NCBI GenBank assembly: GCA_037142615.1
Contig: JBAXAI010000008.1
Location: forward strand, 1 to 64,000
Reading direction: 5' to 3'
Source of the DNA: Spirochaetales bacterium
GTDB lineage: Bacteria > Spirochaetota > Spirochaetia > JABEVK01
Length of the DNA stretch: 64,000 nt
The translations under genes were made by a program, and so were the position numbers. This document shows positions 20,409 to 29,869 of the stretch, one piece after another (within the stretch, counting starts at the first letter, position 1; the number at the start of each line of letters is the position of its first letter). The notes below the pieces were generated by a model that was not told the origin of the DNA, did no database searches, and worked only from the letters and a program-made list of their open reading frames with translations.

Positions 20409-21269
20409 ATGCTCAAACGTGTGTTTTCCGCGCTTTTTTTCCTCTCTGTTGCGGTATTTCTGTCGGCCACAACCCTCGAATCCGGGGTTACAATGACAAA
20501 CCTTTTCTGGTCCGACACCCGTGGTGCCGATGTGGCCGGCTTCACCCAGACCGGTGCTGATCTCTTTTGGCAGGTTGCGGGCTCGGTGAGTCAGGACCTC
20601 TCGGACGGGGTGCAATTCCAAGGCGGTATCGAAGAGGATCCTGTGCTCAAGCGGCGGGTGTACGCTCGCCTCGGCTTTGACATGGAAAGCCTTACGATCC
20701 GCTTCACGCCCTTTCTTGGCGTACTCAACACGACACAGAAATGGTTCAACCCTGGGCTCGAAGCGTCGGTGGGTTACACTTTTCCGGGGCTGGGTTCGCT
20801 GACCGGGGGCTTTTCGACGAGCTTTGCTCCTTTGTCGAAGGTCGGAGACTACTACCTGTCGTCGGAATACGCCTCGTTGGTGGTGTTTCTGGACAATGGA
20901 ATCCTGACCCTTTCGGTGGACGACAGGTCTTCGATCGTGCGCAAGACAAGTCTATTGGATGTGCAGAACTACCTGACCGCGTACAGGCTCGATACCGAAC
21001 TGTTTGTCAAGAACTTCCCGGTCCGGACGGCGATCATCCTTGGGTACCAAACCGCAGGCCGAAGCTACATCGCGACGACACCGAACGAAACACCGCTGAA
21101 CTCGATCCTCGTAGGGATGCGGCTAATGGTGAACTTTGGAACCTTCCTTTCGGTTTATGGCGAGGGAGTCGGTTCCGTGTTCAACTTCGGTACCCTTGAC
21201 ACCAAGGTGGCGGTGCCCGATTCTTCTATGCTGTACCAAGTTCAGTCCGGCATCAAGTTTCACTACTAG
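20409..21269 (+). CDS. Hypothetical exported protein, probable outer-membrane beta-barrel
   Basis: Signal peptide, amphipathic beta-strand pattern, C-terminus YQVQSGIKFHY ending in an aromatic residue. Confidence 0.6.
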   Translation: MLKRVFSALFFLSVAVFLSATTLESGVTMTNLFWSDTRGADVAGFTQTGADLFWQVAGSVSQDLSDGVQFQGGIEEDPVLKRRVYARLGFDMESLTIRFTPFLGVLNTTQKWFNPGLEASVGYTFPGLGSLTGGFSTSFAPLSKVGDYYLSSEYASLVVFLDNGILTLSVDDRSSIVRKTSLLDVQNYLTAYRLDTELFVKNFPVRTAIILGYQTAGRSYIATTPNETPLNSILVGMRLMVNFGTFLSVYGEGVGSVFNFGTLDTKVAVPDSSMLYQVQSGIKFHY

Positions 21270-21293
21270 GAGGCGGTTTCCACCGTCAAAACC

Positions 21294-22280
21294 TTGACCT
21301 TCGATGAACTGCACCAGTACCTGACAACTCATGATAAGTACTTGTTGTTGAGCCACGCCGATCCTGATGGTGACGCGATCGGCAGCCAGATAGGTCTGCA
21401 TGAAATTCTGACCCAACTTGGAAAAAACGTGCTGGTGCTGAACGCCGACGCCAGTTCTGCGAAGTTCATGGCGTTTGATACCGCCAAGATAATTCGCAGT
21501 CTGGAGGAAGGAGCCCTCCCCCCTAACGACCTGTCGCAAAGGATCCTGGTTCTTCTGGACACGTCTGACTACCAGCACACACATGCGGCGAAAGATGTCC
21601 TGCTTCCTTTTGGCAAGGAAGTGTTGATCATTGACCACCACACGCCCCCGTCGCAGTTGCCACGGCTGGCTTACATAGACGACACGGCGGCCGCGTCGAG
21701 CCAGATTGTTTTTGAATTGGCCCAACGGTCCGGGCTCACCCTTTCGAAGGGAGCCGCGGCCGCTTTGTTCATGGGCATCGTGTATGACACCGGAAGCTTC
21801 ATTTACCCCAAGACCTCACCCGTGACCTTTGACACGGCACGTTGTCTGGTTGAGCTCGGGGTCAAGCCCATCGAAATCCATTCCGCGCTCTACGAGACGA
21901 TTGAACCGTCGCGGATGCGCTTGCTGGCTCTGGTACAGTCCACCCTGACGCTTTCGCACGACGAACGGACCGCATTTCAGCTGGTTACCCAGGAAATGCT
22001 TGCCAAGACAGGTTCTGCCATCGAACACACGGAGAACTTCATCAACTACCCGCTCAAATGCACCACGGTCCTCGTGTCGGTGCTGATGAAGGAGGTGGCC
22101 CCCGGCAAGTTCCGTTGTTCACTCCGGTCCAAAGGCGTTGTAGATATTTCGGGGCTAGCCCTCTCTCAGGGAGGTGGAGGTCACAGAACCGCCGCTGGGT
22201 TCCCCTGCCCGCTCCTCCCACTCGATCAACTCATCGACTGGATTCTCCAGGCCGTTGTCAGCTTGTACCCGAAGGACTGA
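21294..22280 (+). CDS. nrnA: DHH/DHHA1 phosphoesterase (NrnA-like oligoribonuclease/pAp phosphatase)
   Basis: HADPDGDAIGS, IDHH, YDTGSF, SLRS, GGGGH. Confidence 0.88.
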   Translation: MTFDELHQYLTTHDKYLLLSHADPDGDAIGSQIGLHEILTQLGKNVLVLNADASSAKFMAFDTAKIIRSLEEGALPPNDLSQRILVLLDTSDYQHTHAAKDVLLPFGKEVLIIDHHTPPSQLPRLAYIDDTAAASSQIVFELAQRSGLTLSKGAAAALFMGIVYDTGSFIYPKTSPVTFDTARCLVELGVKPIEIHSALYETIEPSRMRLLALVQSTLTLSHDERTAFQLVTQEMLAKTGSAIEHTENFINYPLKCTTVLVSVLMKEVAPGKFRCSLRSKGVVDISGLALSQGGGGHRTAAGFPCPLLPLDQLIDWILQAVVSLYPKD

Positions 22281-22286
22281 CCAGCC

Positions 22287-23738
22287 GTGAAACACATTCC
22301 CTCGATGCTCGTCTTCTTCTGCCTGCTGACGTCGTGCGTTCCTGCGAGACAGGAGTCTGCCTCGTCGCAGTTCAATGCACCCAGCGGTTCACAGGGGGTC
22401 CCCGCTGGCGACGGACTAACGGCCGCCGACGCTCTGGAGCAACCCAAGATCCCCGTGCCAGCCGACCACAAGGTCCTCAAGGTGCTCAGCGTCAACCTCG
22501 ATAACGATCCAGAAGAAGAACAGGTCATGCTGCTGCAGGCCAAAGCCAATCTCAGCCTGCCCATCTCAGTGAGGATTGCCGACTACGATGTGCAACGAAA
22601 GACCTATTACCTTGCCTGGGAAACCGATGTTCTGGCCAGCGCTAGCCAGCCGTTCGATGTGAGAGTTCAGTCGCTGATTTCGGCCTCGCAGCAGGAACTC
22701 GTGGTACGGGGAGTTGCAGAGTCCGGTCATCCCTCGCTGGACATTTTCCGCCTTGCGACCGCGGGAACAGGACTGGGCCTGCAATACGTCCGAGTCTTCA
22801 GTCAGGTGAGTTTGGGAACGATTGACTTGGACACCACGGCGACGGGTTTCAGCAGTGTCCCGGTGATCGCCGAGGAAGCAGACAAGAGTTCTCCTAACCC
22901 GCTGGACACGGTGAAGACGATTTGGGAGTGGCGGTTTCAGAAGTCCCGCTACGAAGTCGTGCGGACCGAGCACTTCCGAAGGGAAAAACCAGCCGATGCA
23001 ACGCTCGAGAAGCTGTTTTCGGGCGACACCGCGGGTCTAGAGGGGTTTCTGCAAGGGCCGTGGGTAAAAACTCTCACAGAAAAGAAGGAACCGCCGCTGC
23101 TGCTGTTTATCGACACCGAGGGCCGGGAGCTTGTGTTTGCAACCGCGTCAGCCCAGGAGGTGTATCACTGGGAGCAGTCGACCCGGACGTTGAGGAATGC
23201 CCTCTACATTTCTGGAAGCAACGACCTGATCTCGCTGATCAAACTGCAGATCAACGTAGCTGTTACCGGTGGCGACGCCATTGAAGTCGGAGCACCTGAT
23301 GGTCCGAACTGGTCGGGGAGCTACACCCGACTGAGTGACTCGGCGGCCCGCGCCCTCACGGGGACTAGTGCTTCGGAAGACCAGACGGCGAAAGCTCCCA
23401 AAGGGTTATACCGCAACGACAAGGGTGACCAATTCAACTTCCAGTTCCCCGAGGTGCAGTTGGTGCTCGGAGGAACCGCCTATTCCGGGTTTGGTGCGCT
23501 CCATACCTTCGCTGGAACCACGGTGCTCCAAATCAAAGTTCCGGGAATTGACGGCAAGGCCGTGCTCTCCAAGGCCTATTCCTTCCTGCTCACTGAAGAA
23601 CCTACCAGCGGACGCGTAGTTCGTACAATCCGGTTGCAGGAAGGCAAGTTGACCATTTCGGGCTGGATTCCTAACTCGTCGGATGCCCTGCGCCTGGAAC
23701 AGGTGGAGGTGCTGTCATCGAGTGGTAACAGCCGCTAG
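22287..23738 (+). CDS. Spirochaetal lipoprotein, pallilysin-related adhesin-like
   Basis: Lipobox LLTSC. NLDNDPEEEQ, YYLAWET and F/L-x-G-P-W segments resemble this family from memory. Confidence 0.6.
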   Translation: MKHIPSMLVFFCLLTSCVPARQESASSQFNAPSGSQGVPAGDGLTAADALEQPKIPVPADHKVLKVLSVNLDNDPEEEQVMLLQAKANLSLPISVRIADYDVQRKTYYLAWETDVLASASQPFDVRVQSLISASQQELVVRGVAESGHPSLDIFRLATAGTGLGLQYVRVFSQVSLGTIDLDTTATGFSSVPVIAEEADKSSPNPLDTVKTIWEWRFQKSRYEVVRTEHFRREKPADATLEKLFSGDTAGLEGFLQGPWVKTLTEKKEPPLLLFIDTEGRELVFATASAQEVYHWEQSTRTLRNALYISGSNDLISLIKLQINVAVTGGDAIEVGAPDGPNWSGSYTRLSDSAARALTGTSASEDQTAKAPKGLYRNDKGDQFNFQFPEVQLVLGGTAYSGFGALHTFAGTTVLQIKVPGIDGKAVLSKAYSFLLTEEPTSGRVVRTIRLQEGKLTISGWIPNSSDALRLEQVEVLSSSGNSR

Positions 23739-24356
23739 CGACGGCTCAAAACCTTGATCCTTGAGCTGCTTCAGGTCGATCGAAGCGCTATGGCTTAGCA
23801 CAAAAATGGCCTGCAGGCGTTCTTTCTTGACAACACGGTCTTCGACCCAGGCGACCCAGCCCTTTTCCGCAAGCATATCCAGCAACGTACGGGCATGCGA
23901 CCAGTCGCGAAAGGCGCCGAGTTGAAGTCGCGCGTACGAGGCAACGGAAGCTGGGAAAAGCCCGGAAGGGTCGGCAAGTATTTTCCAGCCGACCGGAACT
24001 TTCCAGGGCGCAATGCCACCGCCAGTCAGGCGCTTGTGCACGCTCTCGCCCGCCTTTTTGGCCTCTGTGGTGCCCATTGCCAACAGTTGCAGGCCAAGGT
24101 CCCACGCTTCCTCGGTTCGCCCCAGACTGACCGAAAGCCAAGCCAGCTTGGACAAAAGGAAAACGCGAAGTTGACGGGCGGCCGGGGAATCGTCGGCGCC
24201 GAAGTCGCGGGATAGCAGGGCCACATGGTAGGCCGACCAGGCCTCGGGAAGGCGCCCCTCCAGTTCGAGCCGGACTGAATCGTGGGCGGGTGATAGCGGT
24301 TGAGCTTCCAGGCCTTGCAGCGCCAGCAAAACAACCAGCGCCCCCACACGGATCAT
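23715..24356 (-). CDS. Exported protein with a C-terminal SPOR-like domain
   Basis: Signal peptide; LQLGAFRDWSHA...L..KG SPOR motif; ATGA overlap with the upstream gene. Confidence 0.65.
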   Translation of the reverse strand: MIRVGALVVLLALQGLEAQPLSPAHDSVRLELEGRLPEAWSAYHVALLSRDFGADDSPAARQLRVFLLSKLAWLSVSLGRTEEAWDLGLQLLAMGTTEAKKAGESVHKRLTGGGIAPWKVPVGWKILADPSGLFPASVASYARLQLGAFRDWSHARTLLDMLAEKGWVAWVEDRVVKKERLQAIFVLSHSASIDLKQLKDQGFEPSLAAVTTR

Positions 24357-24691
24357 TTTCTGTCCCGGATCACCTTGACGATTGTCCAGATGCCGCCACC
24401 GAGCAGCGCAAACCCGCTCAAGCGGAGCAGAAGTTCGGCCAAGCCACCGACAAACGGAACCCCCGAGGCGGCTGTCAGCACCCCTGCAGCCATGGCGACC
24501 ACCCCCAGAAGAAAGGAGTTCGGCTTCTGGAACAGCTTCCATCCCCCGTAAAGGACCGCCGCGCCGAGTCCGAGCGCGATCAGCGGCGAATGAGCCAATC
24601 CGGCAAGAACCAGGGCTCCAAGCCCTCCGGCAATTCCACCGGCTCCCAGAACCACCTTGGTGCGGTTTTCACGCTTCATCAAATCGCTCAT
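24353..24691 (-). CDS. Small Gly-rich membrane protein
   Basis: Three to four hydrophobic segments; SD GGGAG before ATG 24691. Confidence 0.7.
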   Translation of the reverse strand: MSDLMKRENRTKVVLGAGGIAGGLGALVLAGLAHSPLIALGLGAAVLYGGWKLFQKPNSFLLGVVAMAAGVLTAASGVPFVGGLAELLLRLSGFALLGGGIWTIVKVIRDRK

Positions 24692-24705
24692 ACGTTGTTT
24701 CTCCC

Positions 24706-25959
24706 TTAGTGCCGAAAGCTCCGCTGGCCGGTAAAGACCATGGTCGCTCCGACTTCGTTGCAGGCTTGGATCACTTCCCAATCGCGAATGGACCCGCCCG
24801 GCTGAACCACGGCTCGTACGCCCTCCCGCAGGCCAACGTCTACGCCATCACGGAAAGGGAAGAAAGCATCACTGACCATCACCGAGCCAGGAATACCGCC
24901 GCGGGCTTCCTTGACCTCAGTTTCAAGATCGTTTTTTTGACGACCCTCCGTCAAGGCGTTAAACGCGGTTCGGTGCCGTTCCCAGCACAGCCGGTCAGCG
25001 AGTTTCCGGTAGGCCTTGTCACGGGCGATTTCGGCGACCCCCACGCGGTCCTGTTCGCCGGTGCCGATACCGACCGTGACGCCGTTCTTCACGTACAACA
25101 CAGAATTGCTGGTGACGCCGGCCTCGACCAACCAGCCAAACAGCATGTCTTCGAGTTCGGCTTGCGTCGGTTGACGCTCCACGCGGTAGTCTTTGCCCTT
25201 GGAGGACGCCTGGGCGGGGAGGAAATCGGTGGTTCGCCGAGCCTGGGGAACAAAAGACCACTGCGCGACGACCCCGCCGTCGATGAGGCTCTTGAGGTCG
25301 AGGACGGGCTTGGCGACGAAGTCCTGCAGTCGGGCGATGTTGCGGATTTCCAGGACCCGGATGTTGGGCTTGGTGGCAAACAAAGCCATCACGCCGGGGG
25401 CGAACGAGGGGGCTACGACCACCTCGACGTAGCCTTCCAAGATGACTTTGGTGGTGGCAAGGTCGAGCTCACGGTTGACGACCACACAACCGCCGAACGC
25501 CGCGACACGATCGGCGAAGTAAGCCTTGGTGTAGGCTTCCAACAGGTCGGCCCCGATGGCGACGCCGCAGGGGTTGTTGTGCTTGATAATGAGGGCGCAG
25601 GCGGTGTGGGAGAAATAGCGCAGGATATTCAGGCCGGCGTCAGCGTCGGTCAGATTGGTCTTGCCGGGGTGCTTGCCCGACTGAAGCAACTCCACGGCCG
25701 AGACCAAAGTGTTCCGGGGCCCCAAGCTGACCACGTCGCCCAATTGCAGATTCCCGGCCACCAACCGGTATAGGGCAGCTTCCTGGTCGGGGTTTTCCCC
25801 GTAGCGCAAACCGCGCTCCTCACCTTCGATGGTCCAAGTGGCCTTTTCGTAGACCATTGACTGCCGCTCAGAACCCTCACCGAAGGCGATTTCCAGCTTG
25901 CGGGGGAAACTGTCGCCCAAGATCGTCTTGTAGGCTTTGGTCAGATCGGGAACACTCAT
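24706..25959 (-). CDS. purH: PurH C-terminal half (AICAR transformylase domain) as a separate gene
   Basis: LRYGENPDQ, IIKHNNPCGVA, AFGG, SDAFFPFRDG, QPGGSIRD, FTGQRSFRH. Confidence 0.9.
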   Translation of the reverse strand: MSVPDLTKAYKTILGDSFPRKLEIAFGEGSERQSMVYEKATWTIEGEERGLRYGENPDQEAALYRLVAGNLQLGDVVSLGPRNTLVSAVELLQSGKHPGKTNLTDADAGLNILRYFSHTACALIIKHNNPCGVAIGADLLEAYTKAYFADRVAAFGGCVVVNRELDLATTKVILEGYVEVVVAPSFAPGVMALFATKPNIRVLEIRNIARLQDFVAKPVLDLKSLIDGGVVAQWSFVPQARRTTDFLPAQASSKGKDYRVERQPTQAELEDMLFGWLVEAGVTSNSVLYVKNGVTVGIGTGEQDRVGVAEIARDKAYRKLADRLCWERHRTAFNALTEGRQKNDLETEVKEARGGIPGSVMVSDAFFPFRDGVDVGLREGVRAVVQPGGSIRDWEVIQACNEVGATMVFTGQRSFRH

Positions 25960-26642
25960 GGTCTGCCTCCCAGCGAATACGGGGCGGCGGGGTCAAACTC
26001 TCGGGAGGTCAGCCAGGTGCTGATGGCGGTATCGTAGGCAGCGGTGTGGGCGAACGCCTTTCGGGCGAGCTCAAAGCGGGTCTTCAGGCCAAGCCGCCCG
26101 CGTGAGGCTTTGAGCTCGGCGAGCAGGTGGGAATAGTCGGCTGGGTCGCAGACCGACCCGACGCGGAGGAAGTTCTTGGCGCTGGCACGAAGCATCGTGG
26201 GCCCCCCGATGTCGATGTTGGCGCGGGCGTCCTCGAGCGTCACGCCGGCGGCCGCAACGGTCTGTTGGAAAGGATACAAGTTGACAACCACCAGGTCGAA
26301 CTCGAGGCATCCGGTGCGCTTGAGGTCGGCCCGATGAACGTCGTTGTAGGTCTCGCTCAAGAGCCCCATGTAGATTTTAAAATCGAGGGTTTTCACGAGT
26401 CCGCCTTGCATTTCGGGTTGGCCCGTGTAGTCTGACACTTGGAAAAGCGTGCCCTCAGCGGCCTCACCGAGGACCACCTGCAATTGCGCGTAGGTGCCGC
26501 CCGTGGAGTAGAAGCGAATCCCAGGGTTGATTTCGGCCAACCCCTGCACGAAGGCGGCCAGTCCTGTTTTATCGGAAACACTGAGCAGGACGTTCCGCAC
26601 CGGAACAGCGTCGTCAATTTGGGTCACGCGATTGAGTGCCAT
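25956..26642 (-). CDS. purH: PurH N-terminal half (MGS-like IMP cyclohydrolase domain) as a separate gene
   Basis: LSVSDKTGL, STGGT, VKTL, VVNLYPF, NIDIGGPTMLRASAKN. Confidence 0.9.
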   Translation of the reverse strand: MALNRVTQIDDAVPVRNVLLSVSDKTGLAAFVQGLAEINPGIRFYSTGGTYAQLQVVLGEAAEGTLFQVSDYTGQPEMQGGLVKTLDFKIYMGLLSETYNDVHRADLKRTGCLEFDLVVVNLYPFQQTVAAAGVTLEDARANIDIGGPTMLRASAKNFLRVGSVCDPADYSHLLAELKASRGRLGLKTRFELARKAFAHTAAYDTAISTWLTSREFDPAAPYSLGGRP

Positions 26643-26645
26643 GCT

Positions 26646-28238
26646 TCACCTCTGTTTTTGGGAGCGCTTCAGCCGGGTCAAGAGCCCGGTGGTATCCTTG
26701 TAGTCGTCTTGAAGGGCCAAAACTTGTTCCCAGGCCTGCCTGGCCAGTTCGGGCTGACCGAGATTGTAGCGGACGAGGCCCAGAAAGTACCAGCCTTTTG
26801 GCTCGCGGGGCTCAAAGCCGATGGCCTTTTCAAAGTGGCGGGCCGCTTCACGGTCGCGCCCAAGGTGTGCACAGGCCTGGCCCGCCAGCAGACGCAAATC
26901 GGCGGCGTCGGCGCCGGTTTCGAGAAGGCCCTCCACCGAGGTAAGTGCCTGCTCAAAACGGCGGGCTGCCAAGTTTGCCCGGGCTTCCAGCAGGAACTCG
27001 GGGTGGCCAGAGGCAGTGGACTCGGGAAGGTCAAACACGACCAAAGTGCGGTCATCATTGGGGGGGTTCGTACCATAGAACTTGTCGACGGCGGCGACAA
27101 GGTCCAACACGGTCTGGCGCGAGGACTTGCCCCCTTGCCGCCGCAGGAACTGTTCGAGCCTTTCGTTGCCGAAAAACTCTCCCTGCTCGGAACGGGCCTC
27201 GGTGATGCCGTCGGTAAAGAGCAAGACCTTGCTGCCGGGTTCGAGCTGGTACGCTTTTGAGTTGTAGGTGGCCTCGGAGAACACGCCAAGGATAGTTCCT
27301 TCGCAACCGTCGCCCAGTTTGGTGAGCGAACCCGAGGCGGCGTGCCAGCACAGTGCGCTGTCATGACCAGCCACAGCAACTGACAAAATTCGGGTCTCGA
27401 GGTCAAGCACACCATAGAGCGCGGTCATGAAGAACCCGGTATCGGTGATAATGGCGGCCATGGCGCGGTTGACGTGGTCGAGTACTTTGTCGGCTTCCAG
27501 GAAACGCTTGGTGTAGTACTCGAAGTAAGCCTTGACCATGGTTGTGATCAGCGACGAGGGAACCCCGTGCCCGGACACGTCGGCAATCAGAATGCCGATG
27601 TGGCGCTCGTCGATGCTGAAGTGGTCAAAGTAGTCCCCGCCGAGCTCTTCGGACGGGATCGAAACACCGAACATCTCGAACCCGGGGAGCTCGGGAAACT
27701 GGGTCGGGATGATGGCTTTCTGCACGCTCTTGGCAATCTCGAGCTCATTGGTCATCTTCGTCTTGTAGTTTTCCAGGATGCTGTTCTGTTCGCCGAGCTT
27801 GCGCGTGGCCGTATCGAGCGCGTTGGTCACCTGGATGAAGTTGTCGAAGCTGGATTCCATCACTTTGTCGAAGGCTTTTCGGTTGGTTACGTCCTGCACG
27901 ACCAGCGCCAGGAAACTCACCCCCGCGTCTGTAACCAATCCTCCGGAAAAATGGAGCGTCGCCTTTTCGTCCGGGCTGCGGAACAGGGTGAGTTCCAGAT
28001 CGTCGAACGACGACTCCTCGGCCGAGAGCACCTTTTGTCGCACCCGCGCGTTCACGTCGGACGAAGGAAAAAGGACATCGTAGAAGCCCTGGCCGAGGAG
28101 CTCAGCCGGCTGCGTCCCCGTGATCGCGGCCAGCTTGGCGTTGACAGACAAAACTCGTCCTGTCGGGTCAAGCAAGGCCAGACCCAAAGGGAACTGGTCG
28201 AAGAGGAACGAAAGCCGATCAGGGGCAGGCGAAGGCAT
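26646..28238 (-). CDS. PAS-SpoIIE/PP2C phosphatase-TPR protein (RsbU-like)
   Basis: GGDYFD, ADVSGHGVP, FTDGITEA, DDRT; N-terminal PAS, C-terminal TPRs. Confidence 0.9.
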   Translation of the reverse strand: MPSPAPDRLSFLFDQFPLGLALLDPTGRVLSVNAKLAAITGTQPAELLGQGFYDVLFPSSDVNARVRQKVLSAEESSFDDLELTLFRSPDEKATLHFSGGLVTDAGVSFLALVVQDVTNRKAFDKVMESSFDNFIQVTNALDTATRKLGEQNSILENYKTKMTNELEIAKSVQKAIIPTQFPELPGFEMFGVSIPSEELGGDYFDHFSIDERHIGILIADVSGHGVPSSLITTMVKAYFEYYTKRFLEADKVLDHVNRAMAAIITDTGFFMTALYGVLDLETRILSVAVAGHDSALCWHAASGSLTKLGDGCEGTILGVFSEATYNSKAYQLEPGSKVLLFTDGITEARSEQGEFFGNERLEQFLRRQGGKSSRQTVLDLVAAVDKFYGTNPPNDDRTLVVFDLPESTASGHPEFLLEARANLAARRFEQALTSVEGLLETGADAADLRLLAGQACAHLGRDREAARHFEKAIGFEPREPKGWYFLGLVRYNLGQPELARQAWEQVLALQDDYKDTTGLLTRLKRSQKQR

Positions 28239-28244
28239 CGCCCT

Positions 28245-29135
28245 TCAGAGCTCCACCGGAAGTCCGCGGCGGAGGCAGGCCGCGCGCACGGTGTTGGCCA
28301 TCAACATCGTGATGGTCATTGGTCCGACGCCGCCGGGCACAGGTGTCACGAACGAGGCTTTTTGAGCGATGGGTTCATAGTCGGTATCACCGACCAGCCG
28401 GAAGCCCGAGGCACGTGAGGAGTCTGGAACCCGGTTGACTCCGACGTCGATGACGCACGCACCTTCGCGGATCATGTCGGCGGTGACCATGCCCGGACGC
28501 CCGGCGGCGACAATGACAATGTCGGCCCTCAGGGTATGGGCTTTCAGGTCCCGGGTCTTGGTATGGCAGACGGTGACAGTGCAGTGATACGGGGCCTGCA
28601 TGAGCAGCAGGGCCACCGGTTTGCCGACGATGTTGCTGCGACCGACCACCACGACTTCGGCGCCCGGAAGAGGGACTCCTGTTTTTTCGAGGATCTTGAC
28701 GACGCCGAACGGCGTGCAAGAAACAAAGGTTTCCTGCCCTTGAAGCAAGCGGCCGAGCGAAACCGGATGAAACCCATCGACGTCCTTGGACGGGTCAATG
28801 GCGCTGATGACCTTGTCAGGGTTGATGGCCTTGGGCAGCGGGAGTTGGACCAGGATTCCGTCCACCGCGTCGTCGGCGTTCAAGTCGGTCACGAGGTTCA
28901 GCAGGTCCCGCTCGGTCATTGTGGCCGGGAAGCGCAGGGTTTTGGACACCATGCCCAGCTCGAGGCAGGCTTTTTCTTTGCCGCGAACGTAGGAATCACT
29001 CGCAGGATCGTCGCCCACCAGGACGACCGTCAGGCCCGGTTGGACGCCCTGAGACTTCAACTGCTCCAGGCGCCGCGCCAGCGACTGACGAACTTCCTGC
29101 GACAGGTTCTTTCCCGAAATGACAGTTGCGGCCAT
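28245..29135 (-). CDS. folD: Bifunctional methylene-THF dehydrogenase/cyclohydrolase
   Basis: GILVQLPLP, KDVDGFHP, GRSNIVGKP, TPVPGGVGPMT. Confidence 0.96.
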   Translation of the reverse strand: MAATVISGKNLSQEVRQSLARRLEQLKSQGVQPGLTVVLVGDDPASDSYVRGKEKACLELGMVSKTLRFPATMTERDLLNLVTDLNADDAVDGILVQLPLPKAINPDKVISAIDPSKDVDGFHPVSLGRLLQGQETFVSCTPFGVVKILEKTGVPLPGAEVVVVGRSNIVGKPVALLLMQAPYHCTVTVCHTKTRDLKAHTLRADIVIVAAGRPGMVTADMIREGACVIDVGVNRVPDSSRASGFRLVGDTDYEPIAQKASFVTPVPGGVGPMTITMLMANTVRAACLRRGLPVEL

Positions 29136-29266
29136 GTAACGATTCCTCTCTGCGGGTGTTTGCTCCGTTATACTGCATTTAGGTCTGGCCGCAAAGGCTG
29201 TCGTCGGGTCGCCTTGATTTTTTCGGCGGAAATGCCACAATGGCAGCACTTTCAAAGAGGTTCTTT

Positions 29267-29860
29267 GTGAAACACGCTTGTTTGCCTTTGGCGGCCCTGT
29301 GGGCCGTGCTCGCCTTGACCCCCGCCTCCGCGCAGGATCAGGTGCTGACTTTTGATCATCGCGTTGCCGGCGACCGGGCCATGACCCTGCAGATGGGTCC
29401 GATTCTTCCCTTGTTCTTCCAGAGTCTGGCCGGGACGATTTCGGCGACCCAGTTGACCCCTGGTGGCTCGCTGGCTATCGATGTGGACTTCTACCTCGAC
29501 GACAACCTGCGCCTTGGTGGCGGCATCAAAGGCATGGCGGCCTTCGGGATCAACAACCATACCCTGTTCATGGTCCCTCTGATGTTCCGCACCACCTGGG
29601 AACTCAAGAGCTTCCCCTGGAGCTTTCCGGTAGGCTTTGGTACCGGCTTCGCCTTCACCAGCTACCTGAACCATTCCTGGCTCGATCCGTTTATCCAGCC
29701 CACAGCCGGCGCCTACTGGAACGTCAGCCCAAGTTGGAGTTTCGGTGTTGACCTGAGCTACTGGCTATTGGCCGACCTGTACTTTGGCACCCCACCTGCC
29801 AGTGAATCCCGCTTGGGGAACTTTGCCGAACTTTCCCTCGGCTCGATCTATCACTTTTAG
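29267..29860 (+). CDS. TP0733-like small outer-membrane beta-barrel (OmpW/OprG-like)
   Basis: Signal peptide, about 8 amphipathic strands, C-terminal GNFAELSLGSIYHF; divergent from folD; GTG start after AAGAGG. Confidence 0.7.
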   Translation: MKHACLPLAALWAVLALTPASAQDQVLTFDHRVAGDRAMTLQMGPILPLFFQSLAGTISATQLTPGGSLAIDVDFYLDDNLRLGGGIKGMAAFGINNHTLFMVPLMFRTTWELKSFPWSFPVGFGTGFAFTSYLNHSWLDPFIQPTAGAYWNVSPSWSFGVDLSYWLLADLYFGTPPASESRLGNFAELSLGSIYHF

Positions 29861-29869
29861 GAGACGACT

